Shown piece by piece: positions 37,100 through 49,548 of a stretch of DNA of 64,000 nt; the first letter of the stretch is position 1; the number at the start of each line of letters is the position of its first letter. The DNA is taken from contig NC_086097.1 of assembly GCF_963921235.1 (NCBI RefSeq), forward strand, positions 35,962,001-36,026,000. The letters run 5' to 3'. The translations under genes and the position numbers were made by a program. Below the pieces are notes generated by a model. It was not told the DNA's origin. It searched no databases and saw only the letters and a list, made by a program, of their open reading frames with translations. Source of the stretch: Mobula hypostoma. Lineage: Eukaryota.

Positions 37100-38050
37100 A
37101 AAGCCACAGTAATGGAGAGGTGACAAGGACAGAGCAGGAATGCTACAAGTTGAAGGCAGTGGTACAGAGCCACCAGGGAAGGTGGAGAACGTGGGATGGC
37201 ATCATCAAAAGGTCATTCAGCTGGTCTGACCTGTGGAAGATCCCACCAGACTGAATTAGCTTCCTCATCAGGGCAACCTATGACACTATGCCCTGTCCCC
37301 GAAATCTTCACCAGTGGTTCGGCACTGAGGATAGCTGGCCCCGTGTGATACCACCTATGCCAATCCAACACATCCTGGCAGGATGCAAGACTGTGCTGTC
37401 CCAAGGGCGATACAGATGGTGGCACGACCAGATCCTAAAGAAGCTGGTGGAGATCCTAGAGACCTGTAGGCGGGACGTAAGAAGCAGCCTTTCCCCAGCG
37501 GGACGACAACTCATCCTATTTGTTAAGGCTGGTAAGAACACTGAATGCATCCACCCAAGAGCTCGTTCAGGACTCCTCTCCACAGGCAAAGAGTGGAACA
37601 TGAGGGCAGATCTCAGCAGACGGCTACAGTTCCCCATGGAAATCACCACCATATCTTTCCACCCAGAACTGTACTGAGGTCCACGGCCGCTAAGACGGTT
37701 CTCCTCATTGAGCTAACCATACCATTGGAGGAAGGAGTGGAGGCTTTCCATGAGTGAAAGAGGTTGAAGTACTCGGACCCGGCAGCTGAGCGTAAGGAGG
37801 TTGGCTGGAGGATTGATGAGGTAGGTTGCCGGGGCTTTGCCGATGCACCAATGACAAGGTTACTCCATCTTATGGAAGTGACTGGAGCGAGGCTCAGAAG
37901 TTGGCTGAAGAGGCAGCAAAGGGCAGCTTTTGGCTGTGGCTGAGGAGGAGGGTCAGAAATTGGGGAAACGACTTATCTCATTGGAAGCTGCAGGGGGTCC
38001 CTGCCACCGGGAGATGTACCAGGGCTAAGGGAGTGAGATATAATTGAGCA
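37100..38050 (+). mobile_element. HERO-like (R2 superfamily, restriction-like endonuclease) non-LTR retrotransposon 3' fragment
   Basis: It encodes ISFLIRATYDTMPCPRNLHQW...QHILAGCKTVLSQGRYRWWHDQIL (CCHC region and RHD-like motif) and VLLIELTIPLEE..K..KY (RLE). Confidence 0.8.
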
Positions 38051-38609
38051 CTGGTCCCTGCAGCTGACCTTAGGTCACTTTTGGAGGTGCGGCAGGCAGC
38101 AATGCCAGGCAGGAAAAAACATCTCCCTGTAAATCGCATTGGATCCTTGTAATCTTGACAGCATCAATGCCTCAGGATCAAATTAACAACTCTATTTACA
38201 TATTTATTTCTTAACTTTTACCTTGTAGACTTATCCATTCATCCTCTAATGAATCCTAATTCCTCACAGCACCCTGTGAAGTATGACATCTGTTTCTATC
38301 TCAAATAATTCCTCTTAGTAAGTTATAAGAACAAAATCCATTTAGTAAAGATAATGCTCACAATGCCCAATATTACATAGTACAATACAAAGTACAATAG
38401 TTTCGGTACCCTACTTGACGCAAATGTTTATTAGACCAGCACTGAAATATCACAAGTAATCTTTTAATTGTTACCTCTCATTATGTACTCCCACTGAGAG
38501 ATTATCAGAGAATTCCCATGATTTACATCAATACAGATTATAAATGGTCCAATGACAATTAAATATTCATGTTTTCTTACTGAGGTTGATCATGATATGA
38601 ACTCGATAA

Positions 38610-40035
38610 CATTATAAAATAAGTCAAAGTCAGCATGGTTTCTGTAAAGGGAAATCTTGCCTGACAAGGTTGTTAGAGTTCTTTGAGGAAGTAACAAGCA
38701 GGGTGGACAAAGGAGAGGCAGTGGATGTCATTTACTTGGATTTTCAGAAGGCATTTGATAAGGTACCTCACATGAGGCTGCTTAACAAGATAAAATCCTA
38801 TGGTGTTACAGGAAAGATACTGGCATGGACAGAGGAATGGCTGACGGGCAGGAGGCAGCGAGTGGGAATAAAGGGAGCCTTTTCTGTTTGGCTGCCTATG
38901 ACCAGTGGTGTTTCTCAGGGGCCAGTACTGGATCACTATTTTTCACATTGTTCGTCAATGATTTAGATAGTGGAATTGATGGCTTTGTGCAAAGTTTGTG
39001 GATGATACGAAAATAAGTGGAAGGGTAGGTAGTGCTGAGGAAGCAATGTGATTGCAGTAGGACTTGGACAAATTGTAAGAATGGGCAAAAAAAGTGGCGG
39101 ATGGAATACAGTATTGGGAAATGTGCGATAATGCATTTTGGTAAAAGGAACAATAGTGTGGACTATTATCCAAATGGGGAGAAAATTCAAACATCAGAGG
39201 TGCAGAGGGACTTAGGAGTACAGGTCGACCTTCACTAACCCAGCACCATTGGGACCTGAGGAGTCCCGGATTAGTGAAAATGCCGAATTGCAGAAGGATC
39301 ACATTAAGCATAATCAGTGCCGGATTATCGAAGGAACCGGATTACAGGTAGTCAGATTAGTGAAGGACGACCTGTACTTGTGCAAGACTCCCAGGAGGTT
39401 AATATACAAGTTGTGTCTGTGGTAAAGAAGGCAAATGCAATGTTGGCCTTTATTTCAAGGGGAATAGAATATAAAAACAAGGAGATGATGCTGAGGCTTT
39501 ATAAGAGATCAGTCAGGCCGCACTTGGAGTATTATCAACAGTTTTGGGCCCCATATCACAGAAAAGATGCATTGTCATTGGAGAGAGTCCAAAGCTGTGT
39601 TTGGCAGCTTTGGGCCTGTACTCACTGGAATTTAGAAGAACGCGGGAGGATCTCATTGAAATCTACTGAATGTTGAAAGGACTAGATAAGGTGGATGTGG
39701 AGAGGATGTTCCCTATGGTGGGAGTATCCAGAACTAGAGGGCACAGCTTGAAATCTGAGGGGCCACCTTTTAAAATAGAGGTAAGGAGCTTTTTTTTTAG
39801 CCAGAGAGTAGTGAATCTGTGGAATGCTTTGCCACAGACTGTGGTGGAGGCTAAGTCTGGGTGTATAGTTAAAGCGGAAGTAGATAGTTTCCTAATCGGT
39901 CAGGGCATCAAAGGATATGGCGAGAAGGCAGGTGTCTGAGGTTGAGCAGGGTCCAAGATCAGCTATGGTTGAATGGATTTGATGGGCTGAATGGCCTAAT
40001 TCTGCTCCTATGCTTTATGGTCTTATGGTCTTATC
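38610..40035 (+). mobile_element. CR1 LINE, 5'-truncated
   Basis: It encodes LEFFEEVTSRVDKGEAVDVIYLDFQKAFDKVPH and ends in a (tcttatgg)n tail. Confidence 0.9.
39221..39374. mobile_element. Tc1/mariner (Tigger-like) MITE inside CR1
   Basis: TIRs are CAGGTCGACCTTCACTAA ... TTAGTGAAGGACGACCTG with a TA duplication. The host ggagta|cttgtgc is restored on removal. Confidence 0.85.
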
Positions 40036-40118
40036 AGTGATGCTAAGTGACAGTACCAATCTAAAAACGAGTTCCAGTCCAGCCGTCAGCTCTGGCAGGG
40101 CTTACATGCAATAACACG

Positions 40119-41832
40119 TGTATTGTAAAGTGTTCACCTTTCTGTGCGTTCAATGTCCTCACTACCGTGGCCTTGAGTGTATGTGACTAGCCTCAGAAGC
40201 TTCAATGTGACTGTACAAATACAATATGACCATGGGAATACGATTGTGAGAACATGGAGGTCACTGGAACACAGGCGGGACCTGTGAATTGTGGTGACAA
40301 ATGATGACTGGTTCAGTGGTTTGAGATGGTGTGGTGTATTGGTCCATCTACTGCGGCATTTTATATCAGTGGAGTGGGAGTAAAAGTAGAGTGGTTGGGC
40401 ACTTATTCATGGAAAGTCTTCAAGGCCTCACCGATAGGCTTGATCATGAATGGTACCCTGGATCGGACAGGGCAAGAGGTGTGCTGCAGTCAAATGGACC
40501 GACACACATCTAAATAACTATTTTAATACCTGTGCTGTTCTTTCCTAATAAACAAAGTTTTGAAACAGTAGGAGGAATTTGTGACTTTCTCCCTTACCAG
40601 CCACATCTGAGAAACTTTTGATGTAATATTTGACCTAGTCGACAAGGATCTGGTGGGTAAGGTAGAAAGCAACATTTAGGGTAAGAAGACTCCCCCACCC
40701 GGGCGAAGAATGCCAAGGTGAACCAATCACTCTGCAGGGCTTGGCAGATCATGATGTACCAGTGGACGGGACAGACAAGCTGGGCCCCTGAGGGGTAAAG
40801 ATACAACACCATCTTGTGTTCGTACTGAAGGGGTTAAGGTTCCCAGACAAGAAGGGGAGCCGGAGAAGGGCTTTTTGGCTGCTGACGGCCATCACAAAAC
40901 AACAAGATGAGACAATCTGTCAGAAAGAGGAGGAAATGGGGAATCTTCAACACAAGGGGAAGGGGTTGGAGGAGAAATCTGAAACTGCGACCACCTCGGT
41001 GATGGCTAGAGACTACTCCAAGGAATTGGTCGGGTTGGGGATCAGTATGGATGGAAGTCGGGAAACCACCAACATCGTTCAGGGATTCTGGAGGAGGTGC
41101 AGTGTTCTTTTCTGCTTGTAGAGAATGGAGGCACCTGTGTCAGAATTACACTCTGGGAAGGAACTGGTGGCCCTTTGGAGGGCCAGGAGGCTGTGCTTTA
41201 CCGTAGCGCACTGGGGTATTTCTATAGACATTTTGCTTTTATGTTTAGTAGTTTTACTATTTGCTTGTAATATGGTGGGGCTTCCAGAGGGGTTGCATTA
41301 AAACCTATGGGCCAGATGTAATGGATTTGCAATACTCGAGGGGTAGCATGTACTGTAAAGAGTTCATCTTTGTGCATGTCGAATGTCTTTATCACTGTGG
41401 CCTTGGGCATATGGGACTAACTCCAGAAGCTTCAAAAGTGACCGTGCGAATGCAATATGCTTGTGAGAACATGACAGTTACTTGAATACAGGGGAGCAAC
41501 TCACGAAGAATGGTGGCAGGTGATGACTGGTTCAGTGGTTTGAACTGGTGCTATTGTGTAATTGGTCCACTCACCGCAGCCTTTTATATCAGTGAAGTGG
41601 GTATAAAAGTAGGCCACCTGGGAGCTCGAAGGACATTTACCCAGGCCTCACCAACAGGCTGGATTGCAAATGGCACTGCAGATTGGGCAGAAAGGGAGGA
41701 GTGTTTACACACATCTCAATAAGTATTTTAATGCTTGTGCTGTTCTGCCCTAATAAACCAAGTTTTGAAACAGATAAGGGGAATTTGTCTTTCTGCCTTC
41801 CTGGCCGGACCTACAAACCTTTTGGAGTAACG
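40119..41832 (+). mobile_element. Small non-autonomous or internally deleted LTR retrotransposon
   Basis: Diverged direct repeats lie at about 40119-40628 and 41349-41832. There is a PBS-like ttgacctagtcgacaaggat, a PPT-like gagggggtag and about 720 bp of internal sequence with no pol. It splits a Rex1-type LINE. Confidence 0.75.
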
Positions 41833-43135
41833 AGTTACAAAACAAATTCAGACAGCATCGCTGTCAACAGCACATTCCTTCCCAATGAGTTTGACACATT
41901 CGATGTTCATTTTGAACAGAAGGGAATGGGTATATCACCTCTAAATCGGACATTCTCCAGTGTATCTGAATCTACAGTTAGTGTTGCAAAAGTAAAGTCA
42001 GTCTTTCAGAGGATGAATCCGCAGAAAGAATTGATCCCGATGCTGTTCCTGACTGTATCCTTAGATCCTGTGTGGATCAGTGGGCTGTGGTGTTAGCAGA
42101 CATTTATAACCTCTCTCTGTTTCAAGCTGTGGTTCCACGCTGCTTTAAGAAAACCACTATCATCCCAGTACACAGTTAAGAAAAAGATAACATGCTTAAC
42201 AGCTACCGGCCAGTGACTCTGACATCTACCATCATGAAGTGCCTCGAGAGGCATGCATCATCTCCAGCCTTGAGACAATCTTAACTCACTGCAATTTGCC
42301 TGCCACCGAAACAGGCCTATGGCAGACACCATCTCTCTGGCCTTCACTCATCTCTGGAATATCAGGACAATAGAGGCACGTGTGTCAGACTATTAGTTAC
42401 TGAACATAGCTCTGCCTTCAATACTATAATTCCAGGCAAATTCATCAGCAACCTCTGTATGCCTCTCGTTGCAACTGGATCCTTGATTTCCTGACTAACG
42501 GACCACAATCCGTAAGAATAGGCAGCAACACCTCTGTCACAGTTACTCCAAACACTGGTGCTCCCTGAGGTTGTGTCCTCAGCCCCCTGTACTTCTCCCT
42601 GGACACACGTGACTGCCTGGCAAGATTCTTCTCCAGCTCCATCCACATATTCGCAAATGACACTACTAGAGTCGTCCATATCTCAAATAACAATGAGTCG
42701 GGGTATAGCAAGGAGGTAGGGACACAGTGGCATGACAACATTTCTTTCAAAGTCAGCAAAACCAAAGAGCTGGTCAGTGACTTCAGAAAGGGGAGTGGTG
42801 CACATGCTGATGTCTACATCAAAGGTGTCGAGTTAGAGAAGGCTGAGATCTTTAGGTTCCCAGGAGTGAACACCTCCTGGCTTAACTACATTGATGTCAC
42901 AACCAAGGCTCAAGGAGAGCTTCTATCCCACTGTTATCAGACTCTAAACAGACCTCCTGTACATTACTATCAGATGCCTGACCTCACAATCTATCTTGTT
43001 ATATCTTTGCACATTAGTGTTTACCTGCAGTTTTTCTGTAGGGTTTAAACTGTATTCTGCTTTGTTTTACCATGTTCTACCTCAATGAACATTTGATCTA
43101 TATGAGCAGTATGCCAAACAATCATTTCACTGTAT
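41833..43135 (+). mobile_element. Rex1/Babar LINE (continuation of the about 40040-40118 piece)
   Basis: Remnants include [25 protein letters not shown] and [11 protein letters not shown] sequence. Confidence 0.75.
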
Positions 43136-43650
43136 CATAGAGCATAGAACAGCACAGCACTGGACAGGACCTTCACCGCATTATGTTGTGCTGATTATCT
43201 AATCTACTCTAATGTCAGTCCAACCCTTCCCTCTCACATGGCTCTCATTTTTTCTTTCAGACATGTCCTTACGTAAATGTTCCTTATGTATCTGCCCTAC
43301 CCCTGCCCCAACAGTGCATTACACTCACCTACCATTCTCTGAGTAAAAAAAAACTACCTCCTGTACTTTCTTTCAAAGACCTTAAAGTTATGCATCTTCA
43401 TGTTAGCTATTTCTGCCCTGGAAAAAAGTCTCTGGGTATCTATTCTATCTATGGATCTTATCATATTGTAAGCCTCTATCAAATCACCTCTCAACCCCTT
43501 TATTTCCTAAGAGAAAGCTCTAGATCACTCGTTAGACATGCTCTCTAATCCTGGCAGCATCCTGGTAAATCTCCTCTGCACCTTCTCCAAAGCTTCCATG
43601 TTCTTCCTGTAATGAGGTGACCAGAACCAAGCACAATGCTCCAAGTATGA
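43135..43650 (-). mobile_element. CR1 3' fragment
   Basis: The minus strand has VQFWSP/LEKVQRRFTRMLPG-like sequence and a CR1 tail. Confidence 0.7.
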
Positions 43651-44027
43651 TCTTTCTCATGAAGCTGACTGACAACTGGTGATTTCAAATGTTTGATTTT
43701 AATTGAAGTGATATCTAATACACCCTTTGTTTCTTGAATCAATTCTAATGCGACTTAAGCCTGTACACCAACCTCAATAGTTTCTTCACTCTATCCCATT
43801 CGGTCTTCTGCTTGAATAGTAAGATATTCAGCTATTCAGTCAAAATATCCCCCTGCTCCCTTGAACGGGGGTTCAAGAAGTAGCCCTTAGGTTACTGGAA
43901 GAAGAACATAGAAAATACAGCAATTATCTTCCAGTTTCTTTGGACGATCAATACTTATATCATTAGTTCTGATCATAAAACAGCACTCTACAAAAAATGC
44001 CGTGGAGAAAAGGAAGGTTTTTTGATA

Positions 44028-44049
44028 GACACACACACACACACACACA
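44028..44049. repeat. (AC)n microsatellite
   Basis: An AC dinucleotide run is visible. Confidence 0.9.
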
Positions 44050-45689
44050 TGGTCACCTCCCTAGCTGAAAGTAAAATCAGTTGCTTTGTGTTTTTTAATA
44101 AGACTGTTTTTCAAGGATCATCTGGCAATTTGGCTTTTAAAGACAGCCCTACAAAAACATTCAGGTAAAGCTTTACATAATCCATATCCATCCAATTTAT
44201 GGGTACCAGCTTGTGTTTTGACTATTTGTCACAATCTACAGTCATAACAAGCAGCAAGTGGATTAAGGAGTTAGTTAATCAATGTATGTCAATGTGGATG
44301 AGATAGATATATGGATAAAAAGGACAAAGAGCTCCATTCAATGCATGTTAAAGATTAAGAGAGCTCATACAGCACTGTATGTTTTGTCAGGATTATTCAT
44401 GTGAGTTGTACATTATATTGTGTGCTTGAATGGGACAATTCCAGCTTCAGATCACTTAACTCAGTGATGAATAAGCTGTAACAGAAACAATGCACAAATT
44501 TAACCGTAACCCGAAGAAGGGTCTCAGCCCGAAATGTCGGCTGTCTATTCTTTTCCATAGATGCTACCTGACCTGGGGAAGTTCCTCCAGCATTTGTGTG
44601 TGTTGCCACAAGTTTAACCATTTCACGAGATTGGCTTTGTTATGTTGAATAGTCTGTTTCCTATTGTACAGACTATGCAAGTAAATAGAGCCACTTAAAA
44701 AAAGTCTCTATGATTTCATATTGGAATTAAATTAATTTATTGGTGCAATCTGAATAGAAAAAGAAGCACATTTATAATTAAACCTGCCAGGTTTCTTCGA
44801 AACAGTATAAAAAATGAAATTCTTGCAACCATACGTTTGACACCAGGCTTGTAACACAGTCACCATGCCAGTGAGATTATCAGCCCTGGAGAGATCTCCT
44901 GAGTTACTTTATCAAATTTGAAAGCAAGTACAAAAACACCATCTGCTGAGGTTCCTACAGAGAAACAAACCCACTCAACCATCTTTTTAAAATCTGACCA
45001 AATTTAATTCTCATCTGAACAGCATCTTTCTTCTTGTAGACAAAACTTAAAGGATGCAAAGAATTGCTCAGGGCATCAAGTGTGGGACTTTAGCCTTTAG
45101 ACAGGCTGTAATATCCAGCCACGTACATGAAAAAGTTAGGTAAAGTCTGACGTCAATCAAGGTGAGCATAGCTGAAACTCACCAAGGATTTAATATCCAA
45201 ATTATGGCCAACCCAGCCATCCACTTTCTGGCCACTCTCTTACTCTGCTTGCTTCTGCAAGGTTTTACTGTTATGGACATTATATCTTTGAATCTAATAG
45301 CCCAGCAGTCTGTAAGAAGGTCATGTCCCTCTTCAGCTCTATTCCCTTATAGACCCTCAACTCCTTCCTTGAATGGAAGGTTAATTGGTCCCCCACCTCC
45401 AACACTACCCTTCTCCACCTTGTTGTAATTCCGTGTACACTGAATAACTTCTCCTTTCAGCAAAGAGAAAACTACTGGGTGTTCTCAGTGGATAAGACAA
45501 CAACCGAGGGGGCATAGGAATGGTTGATGTTTCAGGTCAAGACCCTGCAACTTGGATTGCTTAGGAGGGAGGAATAGGAAAAGGTAAACTTGGTACCACA
45601 AAGCAAACTAGCCAGTGATCACTATGAGTGACAGGAAGCAACAGGGGCCTGTAAGGTTTACTCTGCTGACTCTTCCACTGATAAATTTA

Positions 45690-46417
45690 TGTAAGGAGTT
45701 TCTTCTTTTATGTTACTGTGTAGGCTAATTAACATGGCTTCTTTGTTATGTTATAATTAAAATGGCTTCTCTGTGATGTTAACTGCTGAGGCAGTGGTTC
45801 TCTTTCTAGCAGCTTGTTTGGGTTATATTACTGATAAGGAGGATTGTATCCATTTGTTAACCAATTGGGATAGATGTTATTCATTTTTGTGTGTCTGTAA
45901 ACTATTGTGATGCGTGGGTTTTTGGGCAGAAGGTGCGATGGGGAGAGAGAGAGTGGACGCGGTGCTGTGAGCTGGCTGACGGGGCAGACCCCGAGCCTGA
46001 GTCCGAGGTCCGAGGTCTTCGGCGAGGAGAGGAGATGAAGACAGACTCGTGTGGAGCGTCTGGTTGACCACTGTGGTGGTCCCAGGCGGTGGGACGAGGT
46101 GGTCCAAGGGGATCGAATAGTGAACAGAAGACTGTTACTAGAGCTCCAACTGTGTGCATGAAGAGGTTGAACTTTGATAAGTTTGATGCCTTTTATTTTC
46201 CTTTTATATTTTATCTTTATTAATTACATATTTCCAGTAATATTTATAAACTTGTAATTCATTTAATCATATATGGTGTATTGTCTGTTATTTGGCGGGG
46301 TGGGGTACATCACACAGCATCCACACAAACTTAATTACCCAGTTTGGCAGGGCCGAGGGCTGCTTCCCTGAGACGACAGCAAGTGGAGCGACCCTGAGGC
46401 TTACCGGGGGGACTACA
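45690..46417. mobile_element. Solo LTR
   Basis: The termini are TGTAAG...CTACA with near-matching 4-bp flanks ttta/tttt. The body has a GC-rich core and AT-rich ends, with no coding remnants. Confidence 0.6.
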
Positions 46418-47574
46418 TTTTAGAATATCATTTGGAAAAATAATCAGTCTGTGGCTAACTAAATAGGTTAAGCATACCATTGAAATAAAGGAGCAAGTTT
46501 ATATTAGAACCAAGAACAAATTTATGAGGGGTAAGTACAAGCAGGCTTTTTCTACTGAGGCTGGGTGAAACTACTGTAGAACTAGAAGTTATAGGTTCAG
46601 GGTGAAAGGTGAAATATTTAAGGGGAATCTGAGGAGGAACTTCCTCACTCAGAGGGTGATGGGATTGTGGAACAAGTTGTCAGAGGAAGTGACGTGTTTG
46701 ATTTCAACAATTAAGAGATGGGAGGGGTACAGAAGACTATGGTCCAAATACGGGTTGATGGGGCTCAGCAGAATAACAGTATAGACTTGACTAGATGGGC
46801 TGAAGGGACTGTTTCTATGAGTCTATAACAGTACTTATCCTAAGAATATAGGAGAGTTTTAGTGACCTTGAAAGAATAACTTGAAATATAGGAGAGTTTT
46901 AGTGACCTTGAAAGGATAAAAATTGACATAATAGACATACAGTATAGAAAAATAGTAAATTCATAAAAATAGACCAGAAGAGCTATATGTATGAAAAGAG
47001 AAATATTAAAGAGGAATAAGAGATGAAATATTAATCAAATATGTAGTATCTGCTTCGCTGTAGGAAATACAATGAATATAGACAAAATTGGAAGATCGCA
47101 AGTCCAATAGAATAAAACATATTGATAAAGAAAAAATACTTGAGAAATAAAGGAATTTATACCCAAAGAATATCCTGCACTAGATGGTATTCTTTCTAAA
47201 AGGAATGGCAGCGGAGGTACAGAATACATTGGCTGCAATATTTCCAAAAATCACTCAATTCTGGTAGATCAGTTACTGTTGGATGAATGTCCCATTTGCC
47301 ACACTCCTCCCAACTGCATATGCACCTGCACTGGGTCCATCCCGTCCATTGCACCCTGATCCATTCCTCAGATCACCCATTCAGGACTGGGTCATCTTCT
47401 CATATGAGCTATCTCATTTCCCTCTTCGCGTCCTCTCTTCCTATTACTATGGACCTTAAACACTCCTTCTAAATGAAACCGTGAATTACCTAAACCATTT
47501 TCAATCTGGTGTACTATTTTTGTCAGTCCCACTGTAACCTCCTCTCTACAATGGGGAAACCAAGCACAGAATAA

Positions 47575-47980
47575 GTGCAAACACGAGGAAATCTGCTGAT
47601 GCTGTAAATTCAAGCAACACACACAAAATGCAGCAGGCCAGGCAACATCCATAGGAAGAAGCATAGTCGATGTTTCAGGCCGAGACCGTTTGTCAGGACT
47701 AACTGAAAGAAGAGATAGTAAGAGATCTGAAAGTGGGAGGGGGAGGGGGAGATCCAAAATGATAGAAGAAGACAGGAGGGGGAGGGGGTGGAGCCAAGAG
47801 CTGGTGTATCCCTTTTGCCAATCAAGTTTCCAGCTCTTAGCTCTATCCCTCCCCCTCCTGTCTTCTCCTATCATTTCAGATCTCCCCCTCCCCCTCCCAC
47901 TTTCAGATCTCTTACTATCTCTTCTTTCAGTTAGTCCTGATGAAGGGTCTCAGCCTGAAACGTCGACTGTGCTTCTTCCT
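47575..47980. mobile_element. Penelope inverted-pLTR insertion inside an older Penelope GIY-YIG region (about 47260-48130)
   Basis: The 9-bp TSD ACAGAATAA lies at 47566-47574 and 47981-47989. The host reads Y.GETKHR|INDCFMEH across the insert, and there is a long internal inverted repeat. Confidence 0.85.
47933..47968 (+). ncRNA. Minimal type I hammerhead ribozyme motif with a GUC cleavage triplet
   Basis: The sequence reads AGTC-CTGATGA-AGGG tctcag CCT-GAAA-CGTC-GACT. Confidence 0.75.
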
Positions 47981-49319
47981 ACAGAATAAATGACTGCTTT
48001 ATGGAACATGTGTTCAATATGCAGGCCTGACCCTCAAAATCCTGATGACCATCACTTTGGTTCCTTGTTGCGCACCCACCCCACCTCTCCATCTTCAGGG
48101 TTCTGATCTGTTCTTGTGAGGGTAATCAATAGCTAAAAGAATACTTGGTCCTTGGTCGGATGCCTGCTGTCTTCTGCAGATGTCAGTGGAATGAAACATA
48201 TATTTGTGAGTACAACCAGCAACATTTATCATCGCGAATCAAATAATTGTCATAGTTCAGGCAGGTGATTCACTAACCAGCATCTCAAGATCATGCAGGA
48301 GTGGGCAGTAAATGTTGGTCTTGCCAGTGTAGCCCAGATCTTGGAAAATGAATGAACAAAATATAGGAAGGTTTAAGCAGGAAATTCAAGGACACATGGC
48401 CCTAAGAGCTTAGCACACAGGTGACAGGAAAATGCTGGGGAGGGGAGGGCAAAGGGGCAGTACAGGGTGTGGTGAAGATGAAACAGAGATTTGCAATCAA
48501 CTGTCTGTGATGTAGTTCTTCATGAAGCATGTTGCATTGCCCTAAACCATAAGGTTGTCACTTCCACGAGAAAGTCTGCAGATGCCAGAAATCTGAGCAA
48601 CACACACAAAATGCTGGAGGAACTCAGAGCCCAGGCAGCATCTATGGAAAAGAGTAAACAGTTGACGTTTCAGACCCTTTATCAGGACTCTTCCACTGAA
48701 TAGGATTCACATTAACACTTTGCTAAAAGAAAAATTGTTAGTTTTCAGCACTGCAAATAAAAATTACACTGGCTTCATCAGTGATTTCAAATTTACACTT
48801 TAGCTGATATGACAAAATAATCCTCTGCTTCCATAAATGGGCCAAGGTATTGCAGCTGAGATATTAAACACCTTTGAATTAATTAGATATTAAAAGCAAC
48901 TAAAGATGTGCAAGGTAGGAACCAGAAATATATGTAAGGTATATTTTTCACCATAGCTCAAACGGAATTGCAAGTCAATTTGTTTGAAATTACAATGCAA
49001 TGCAAACATGATTATATATTTGTTTGTCCATCTGTCTCTATGCTCTGCTCACATTCAAAGGAGATTACATTGACTCTCTTTGACTGTTCCTTGCTCCATT
49101 TAAGAGCCAATCCATTTTTTTTTCAGAAGCAAATAGGTCTACTTTCCTTCCAGGTGAAAACACACAATTATTTGACATTCATTTAATTATGGTATAATGG
49201 GAACATACGATTTTGTTATTGGTTGTAATATTAACATTAGTGGTGACCATTATTCTGTTTAAATCGGTCAACAGACCCATGATCAAAATATAGGGCTTTC
49301 CGAAGTTTTATTTTGTTTC

Positions 49320-49548
49320 TCGCGGTAGGTAGTGGATACCGGCAACACGTGTTCGCCCAGTGACCGCGTGTGTTTCTTCCAGGTGCCCTGGTTTCCTCTC
49401 ACAGTCCAAAGACGTACCGGTTGGCAGATTAACTAGTCATTGTAAATTGCCCCGTGATTAGGGCAGGATTCGATCAGGGGATTGCCGGGCGGCGCGGCTC
49501 GAAGGGCCGTAAGGGCCTATTCTGCTCTGTATCTCATTAAATAATAAA
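49320..49548 (+). mobile_element. HE1-like V-SINE (V-domain plus CR1-derived tail), 5'-degenerate
   Basis: The V-domain reads ggtgccctggtttcctctcacagtccaaagacgt...tgtaaattgcccc, followed by the CR1-type 3' end aagggcctattctgctctgtatc. Confidence 0.75.

Noticed and set aside
45148..45155. Perfect CRE palindrome TGACGTCA (also at 7081 inside Penelope)
   Set aside because: An 8-mer is expected about once by chance in 64 kb, and there is no supporting context.
46845..46914. 30-bp direct repeat with 40-bp period, superficially CRISPR-like
   Set aside because: It has only two units in a decayed CR1-like fragment of a vertebrate genome, so it is a local tandem duplication.
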